A DNA stretch of 64,000 nt, taken from the NCBI RefSeq assembly GCF_009914755.1, contig NC_060939.1; one strand, written 5' to 3'. Under the pieces are notes generated by a model. The model worked only from the letters and a program-made list of their open reading frames with translations, searched no databases and was not told the origin of the DNA. This document shows, in pieces, positions 51,363-64,000 of this stretch. Source of the DNA: the human T2T-CHM13v2.0 reference genome, Homo sapiens. A program made the position numbers and the translations under genes. The first letter of the stretch is position 1. Every line of letters begins with the position of its first letter.

Positions 51363-51666
51363 TATATATATATATATATATATTTGAGACGGAGTCTCGC
51401 TCAGTCGACCGGGCTGGAATGCAGTGGCAGGATGTTGGCTAAGTGCAACCTCTGCCTCCCACGTTCAAGTGATTCTTCTGCCTCAGTCTCCCAGGTAGCT
51501 GGGATTACAGGCTCCCACGACCACGCCCAGCTAATTTTTGTATTTTTAGTAGAGATGAGGTTTCACCATGTTGTCCAGGCTGGTCGCAAACTCCTGACCT
51601 CAAGTGATCTGCCCACCTCAGCCTCCCAAAGTACTGGGATTACAGGCATGAGCCACCATGCCCGGT
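51363..51666 (-). mobile_element. AluS with (TA)n tail
   Basis: Reverse-complement dimer. Confidence 0.9.
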
Positions 51667-51899
51667 ACAGAAACTTTCTTACTCATTTGAATTGAAAACT
51701 TCTATGTTTTTAAAGCATATTTTCATTAAGTGTGGAAATTCATAAAATACGGTTAGGTAGGAAGACGATGTTCACAAATTAGGTTTATAATCTATCATTT
51801 CAAACTTCGCTGTATTCAAAAATTAGTTATCTAAAATTAACTCCAGAGAAGTTTGTATGTACAAATAGTTGTTATAACAAAAGCTACCTTTCTTTTCTC

Positions 51900-52345
51900 A
51901 ATCCGTGTCATGTGGATCTAAGCCCCTGCCTCAGAAATGGGGTGGGCATGTGTGTCCTCTTGGTGAGACCACTCTACCGCCCTAGCCAATGTGATTGCTT
52001 CAGAGATGGTTACATAGCCCTAGCTGGACCATTAAAAGTCTCCAAACCTTTGCTGGAATTATTGAGAGAGAGAGCATTCAAAAAGAACTCAGTATATAAA
52101 AAATACTGGAGTTAATAAGCAAGTAAAATATTAACAGAAGACTGTATATGCCCCAGGCCACCAGATGGGGGAGAGTGCACCTGAAAAGAGGCCAATACAG
52201 AAGAAAGCAGATAGAAATAGCTTCCAATGATCCTGTGGGGGCCTGGATCCAGCTGTACCTGAATCTCCTCCAATGCTATGCAGTTACATATGCCAGTAAG
52301 TCTTTTTTGCCTTTAAATCTGTGCATTGGGTTTCTGCTCCTTGTA
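51900..52345 (+). mobile_element. Old MLT1 (K/L-like) LTR
   Basis: gtgattgcttcagagatgg...ctggatccagctgtacctgaa...ttgggtttctgctccttgtaac. Confidence 0.55.
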
Positions 52346-53029
52346 ACCTAGGGAGTCCTGACTAGTTCCTAGGAGCAGGTGTGCTTCCAGATCCTGTTCA
52401 GTTGCTACTGACCACAGCAGGTAGTGTGAAATGACACCCCAGAGAGCTGTGTATTTCAATGCCACACCCACATTCTGGGTGTGCCTGTGAAAGCAATCCA
52501 GCAGCAGTGTGCACAGCTGGAGCTGACTTAAGAGCTCCTAGGAAGGCCCAACCCTACAGCTAAAGGTCATGTAAAGACGTTGTGGAGAGATAATAAACAA
52601 CACACACATACGCACCCATTAGGCAAAAATACCACATATTTTCTTCTCAGAGGAAATAACCATGAGCAAAGTATGGATATGAGTCAGTAACTGACTATAA
52701 TTAGGGGCTTCCCTCCCACCCCAGTAACATCTGAATCAAGGCAGAGGACATTCCAGCAGTCCAGCAGTTGGTAAAGAACTAACCACATCTTTCTTGATGT
52801 TTCCTGTGACTCGATCCTTGCAGAACAGGGCACTGCAAGTCAGAAAATAGCTTCCTAGGAGAATTTAATACTAAGGAATTGGGAGTTTCCTCCGTCTATC
52901 AGAACCAAAATCATTCTACCTTAAGCCTTGGGGTTTGGAGCTCAACATAACCCAAGCATCCACTCTAGGAATCCCCCATCTGCTGCATAACTTTGGGTCC
53001 ATTTGTATTTCAAAACTCTATTATGACTA

Positions 53030-55045
<2,016 letters not shown>

Positions 55046-55105
55046 AAACTGTATTACAATATAGATAATAGACAAAAATGTATTAAATGTATATGTACAC
55101 TTTCA

Positions 55106-55387
55106 TTTGAGACAGGGTCTCAGTTGCCCAGGCTGCAGTGCAGTGATGCAATCTTGGCTCACTTGCAGCCTCAACTTTCTGTGCTCAAGCGACCCTCCCA
55201 CCTCAGCCTCCCAAGTAGCTGGGACTACAGGCACATGCCACCACACCCAGCTAATTTTTGCATTTTTTGTAGAAATGGGATTTCTCCATGTTGCTCAGGC
55301 TGGTCTCAAACACCTGAACTCAAGCGATCTGCCGGCTCCGGCCTCCCAAAGTGTTGGGATTACAGGCGTGAGCCACCAGGCCCAACC
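55106..55387 (-). mobile_element. AluJ
   Basis: TSD tacactttca. Confidence 0.9.
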
Positions 55388-55652
55388 TACACTTTCAAAA
55401 TAGTACGAATTACACAACAATGTACCCATCACCTAGGCTGAGAAATATTAATACATTATAAGTCATTTTAAAGTCTACTCCCTGCCCTTCCCTAATTACA
55501 CCCTGTTCTCCCTCACTCCCCAGAGAATTAACCACTGTTCTGACTTTAATGTTAAGCATTCCTTTGCATTTTATTAAGTTGTAGCACAAATGTATGTATC
55601 CCTAAAAAATAATTGTTTCATTTTGAAAAACTCAGTAGTCAGCACAACCCTA

Positions 55653-56129
<477 letters not shown>

Positions 56130-56609
56130 TCAGTAACAGGGCTTGCCACAATTGGGCCATCAGACAGGACTGTCCTGTGGGTCAGGCAAAGGATGTCTAG
56201 CATTCTGAATGGATGGACTGTACTCTGAATTGAGTATTTTCTGCTTCTAAACCTGCCGTGACCTGACCCCAGTACTTGCCAACTAGCCTTCAGGAGTCAG
56301 TGAAAACAGAAAAATTCTGTGGGGTGAAATAAATGACCTTAGAAGGTCTAAGCAGCAGTGATGTAGGAATTTCATCAATATGTGGTCAAGACAAGATTAG
56401 AAGCTAATATGAAACCCAGGCATGCTTTCCTAAATTGAAAAAAAAGTAAATGTCAGCAGGGGAATTGTGGATGACAGCACTCAATCTGTCTCTCTAGTCT
56501 ACTCTTCTAATCTGCACCACTGGCACAGCCCTCATTCTGGGATCTTCTCATCCTCCAGGGGACTCTCTTCTAACTGGATCTCCTAATTCCTCTTAAGAAA
56601 GGTTGCCTA

Positions 56610-57991
<1,382 letters not shown>

Positions 57992-58723
57992 TGAATTGAG
58001 TGTGCATATAGCCATTCAATCCCTGTTTTTGGCATGGCATTCACTGGTATTGTGCTCACATCCACAAATAAGTCTCGAGCATCCCATCCAGAGGCTTCTC
58101 TGTTTGATCCCTTCAGAGACTAAATCTTCAGACCTCGGGACGGGTAAGCACAGTCATGAGTGACAGGACAAACATAACTTTACTGTTTCACTAGGTTCAC
58201 TTTTGTATGGCTTTGCCGTTTACAGTTTTTCAAGGTCAGATTCTTCAACTGTATTTCTACTGCCCTAATTTATTCCCACTAACTGTTGAAAAGTTCCATA
58301 CAAATGCCCTCTGCAGAAACTCCCCTAAAAGTACCTGTGAGAAATATACATGAACACCTTCTCCAGCTATGAAAAGTCATTGGCTGTAAGCAGGAAAAAG
58401 GGTTAAATGTTGGCTGGAAAAAATCTCTCTCATTATGCAAGTCCATTCCATCTGTGGTTACTTCCTGTTCATTCTGCTATCAAAAGAGCCCCCTGTGGTC
58501 GAAAAAGCTCCACTTGATGGCTTTCTAGGTTTTTTTCCTAGATAAATATTCCATGTCCGTATAGACTGGTTAAGATGTTAACATACATCATCTTATTTCT
58601 TCCTTACAACAATAGCCCTGGGAATTAGGAAGGTTGAGTATCATTAATATTATTATTACTCCTTTACAGATGTGAAAACTTAGGCTGAAAGAGGTTGCAT
58701 AACTTGTCAAAGATCAGATTATG

Positions 58724-59029
<306 letters not shown>

Positions 59030-59046
59030 TTATGTGCAAGAAATAA

Positions 59047-59746
<700 letters not shown>

Positions 59747-60715
59747 TCAAAAGTCTAGAGCTCTTGCCCTTGAATTACAGCATTGAAGTCACCTTATGAT
59801 GTGGTGGCTAAGGTGCTAGGAGGCTCAGTGAGAACTTACCCTAGAGACAATGGACGTGGCTTCATGGCCAAACAGGTGCCCAAACTCTGTGTTTCCATTT
59901 TCTTCCATGCCTCAGTCAGCCCAGGTTTGCCCTAATGTCTTATTCTTCGTTTTCAGCTGAGCGTAGTCAGTACTGAAAACAAGTCACAGCTTTTGAGTTT
60001 TACTTAGTTACAAAGACTATTTACTAGTATTGAGGAAAGATACTCATTTTGTGGAGCTTCCAAATCCCTGCTCCTTGAGTTTGACTATCTGGATTACATT
60101 AAAGATATAATGGATGCATAGAGACATCAAATGGACAGAGCATGTCACAAAAGTTATGTATAAATTATATTTTTGGAACTTGGAATATATTTCACCATAG
60201 GGAAATTGTATTGTGCTTTTTAAAAGGCATGACTAAATGATGAAATAAATGGATAATAAAGTTCCCAAGCCAGCACACAAAAGCCTGTTAAGTGTGTTTT
60301 TAACCCATAATATACCTAAAGTATAAAGCCAAGTTAGTATTTCAGATACATTTGGTTCTGGGCACCAAATATGGTTTTCATAGGAAGACACATTTTTCCA
60401 AGTGGAAACACTTCTAGTGCCTAAACAACATAAGGGCAAGAGAACTAACATTTAGCTTCTGCAAAGCATTAAGGACACTGAGTCACAAAATGGTTAATAA
60501 CATTTTAGGGTGTATTAATGCTATGCTCAAAGACATGTAGGCAGAGCCAGAATTTAAGCCAAGGTTTATCTCAGCCTGTGCTGTTTCTACTAAGCTTAGT
60601 TATCTCTGTAGGTTTATATTCCAAATATTCTGAACTGAGGACAACTTGTCTCCCCAACCCCTACTCCACTTCCTTTGGTACAGTAAGAGGTGAGATGAAG
60701 GATGGTACTCCAGAA

Positions 60716-60901
60716 CAGCCAATCTCAAACCTGACCAGGCATCAGAATCACCTGGCAGGCTTGTTAACCAAGATTGCTGGGCCCCATTCCTTGTGTTTCT
60801 AATTCAGTAGGTCTGAGTGGGGCCTGAAAATTTGCATTTCTGACAAGCTTCCAAGTGATTCTAATGCTGCTTGTCCAGGGACCATGCTCTCAGAATTCAT
60901 T
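60716..60901. mobile_element. MER5A
   Basis: gcatcagaatcacctgg...agattgctgggcccca...ggggcctgaaaatttgcatttctgacaag. Confidence 0.85.
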
Positions 60902-61383
60902 AGGACTTCCCTAATAAGTCTTCTCAACAAATAGCCAATCCTTGAAACGATCAATGATTTTCATAGCTGGTAACAAGGAATGATGAAATTCACTGAATCT
61001 TCAAGCACTATAATTATGATTAGTACCTGAAGGGAGCGAGCAGGGCATGGAGAGACAATATAGAAAGGAAACAAATTGTTCTCAGCAAGATTGCACTCCA
61101 TGCATAGATTTCATTTTCTGCAAAGAAGAAAAGAAGCAAACAATACAGAAATCAGCAGGGAACATTGGGCTTTGAAGATAAAAGCAATAATCAGGCATTG
61201 TGGCAACAGCATGATAACTATAAAACAATTGAGTTTACCCCCTTTTTTTCCCAATGCCCAGAGGGAAGCTTAATCAACCAACACATATTTATTGAGTTCT
61301 TACAGTGTGGTCAAACAGGAGTGGGTAAAAGTATGGGAAATAGTACTTGACCTCAACAAGTTACAGTGATGCCTCATTGATCA

Positions 61384-61833
<450 letters not shown>

Positions 61834-63035
61834 TTAAACAGAACACAAAAACATGGTTTAAGTTTTTCTTGACGATTCTAGGCCAGCACTACAGATATCT
61901 CCCTTTAGAATATTAAGTAATGACCATAGGCTATTGAGGAAGTATGTTGCTGTTTACCTACATTTAAAGAGCTTAAGTCTGGACTTAGTATTTGAATTTT
62001 CTCCATCGATTGCCATCTTATCTCTGCCTTTATTGGTCCACCTTCTAATAGCTCCACTTCACTTCCTATTTGCTGTTTTTTCTCTGCTATGGATTAAAAG
62101 CATCTGATAAGAACCAAGCCTATGAGCGAGGGCCTGAGTATTTTACCTACAAATCGATTGAGTTTTAGGAGCTGGCCTTTGTCATTTCATTCCTGACAAG
62201 TTCTCATGTGATGCTGATGCTGATCAAGGAGCCACACTGTGAGAACTTATTAGAGCTTCCCTAATAAGTCATCTCTACAAATGCAAATATTTCTTCCCTT
62301 AGTGCAGGAAGCCAGTTTGAAGGCTTCTAAATATACCTTCGCTTTGAGAGGATGTTTGACCTAAAGGAAAGGATGCTTCCTTTCTCCTGAACAAACCCCT
62401 TTAGGGCCCTATTTTCATCTTTGGAAATTTTCTAAGTATTCAGTACAGTATCATATTCCCTGCCCCCAGATTTATGTCACCTACTTATTGGATGGATAAA
62501 TAAATAAGGGTTGTATAAATGCACATAAATGATTGAGCACTCCCCATAAGCTGGATACTAAGTAGATGCTTTCATCTGTCATCTCCTCTAATCCTCACAC
62601 ACACCTTATGAGCTGGGAATGAATAGCTCATAGTCCAAGCTCAGGAGGGGAGAGTCAATGACCCACTCATTCAAGGTCATAGTAAGTGGCATAGCTGAGA
62701 TTCCAGCTCAGATCTTCAGACCCCGAGGCCAACGTGCTTTCCATTAGACCACAGTTACCGCCTTATTAAGAGCAAACCAAATGTTGGGGTGCAAGGAAAG
62801 ATAGCAATTCAGTTTTTAAAAAGACAAATCCACAGCAAGCATAATGGCACCTCCACCCTACACCCAAACCCATGGTAGACGATGTTCTTTCCTGCTGCAT
62901 ATGAACAATCTCAGATCTTTTTCTCTAGAAGCCGGAAAGAATTAGAAGAAGCACAGAATATAAACCCACATGACTTAGCTTCACTTATCTGGAAATTTCA
63001 CTTGGTGGTGTCTCACTGAGAAACAGTTCACTAAG

Positions 63036-63369
<334 letters not shown>

Positions 63370-63542
63370 TTAAAACATTTTATTTTCTTTTTCCAAATAG
63401 TTGTTTCTAACTATAAAAGTAAAACATGTTTATTACAGAAACGTTTGGAAATTACCACAAGTATGAAGAAAAAACTTTCTTTCCCTATGGGGAAGGTAGA
63501 CATTCTGTAGAACTGACAGATTCTACCTTATCTATCCTACAC

Positions 63543-63761
63543 CAGTAATTCTCAACCAGGGGGCAATTTTGCCCCTCAAGTTGACATCTGGCAATGTCTG
63601 GAGGTATTTTGGGTTGTCATAGCTTGGGAGTGCTGCTGGCATCTTGTGGGTAGAGTCCAGGGATGCTGCCAAACAGCCTGCAGTGCACAGGACACTCGGC
63701 CTCCTGGTCAGCAAACTGTTAGGCAGCCCAAGATGTCAGCGGCACCACGGTTGAGAAACTG
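63543..63761. mobile_element. MER20
   Basis: cagtaattctcaaccagggggcaattttgcccc...tggcaatgtctggag...gggatgctgccaaaca...ggttgagaaactg. Confidence 0.9.
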
Positions 63762-64000
63762 TTTTAGATTACAGCACACGTAAAGGAAGGATTTCTGGTT
63801 CCTTGCAGATGTTTGCTGCCTCTCTATCACATTAGTAAAATTAAGTTGAGGGAACTGAAACTGCTGGCTTTGGGTCTGTTTCTGGGTGCGCACACACGAG
63901 CTGCAGAAGTCTCACTGGTTTCAGTTATCTCTGGCTGCAGAACTTTTTTGTTTTCTTCCAGCCCAGACGACCTGAAGAAGCATAGATGCTACCCATAGAT

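Noticed and set aside
52156-52172. CTCF-like GGCCACCAGATGGGG
   Set aside because: Lacks the conserved GGC end and lies in a decayed LTR.

Overview
Primate (very probably human) euchromatic DNA with no intact protein-coding gene. About half or more of it is interspersed repeat: ~48 Alu elements or fragments, several L1s, MaLR/ERVL LTRs, MIR, L2 and MER DNA transposons. The first ~8.6 kb is a mosaic of two intron-retaining gene copies. (i) 1470-6484 (minus): an unprocessed ADAMTS7 pseudogene with five complete exons plus the 3' 49 bp of the preceding exon, carrying a +1 frameshift and a TGG>TAG nonsense codon. (ii) ~6572-8600: an older, more decayed copy of the tail-to-tail SNW1/SLIRP gene junction, with the last two SNW1 exons on plus and the last two SLIRP exons on minus, introns retained. 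The ORF track does not show the SLIRP exons. The two blocks are fused inside a truncated Alu at a 3-bp AGC microhomology. Other notable items are a 35-bp TSD-flanked insertion resembling only the extreme 3' tail of an SVA (48128-48162), an L1PB whose ORF1 and endonuclease region are replaced by an Alu plus a GAA tract, and a 20-bp G-rich minisatellite. The locus is plausibly one of the ADAMTS7P copies in the 15q24-q25 segmental duplications (inference, not verified). Gene identities, exon numbers and repeat subfamilies come from recalled sequences, not database searches; repeat coordinates are approximate. I find no evidence of a new functional biological system; the most interesting signals concern genome evolution.
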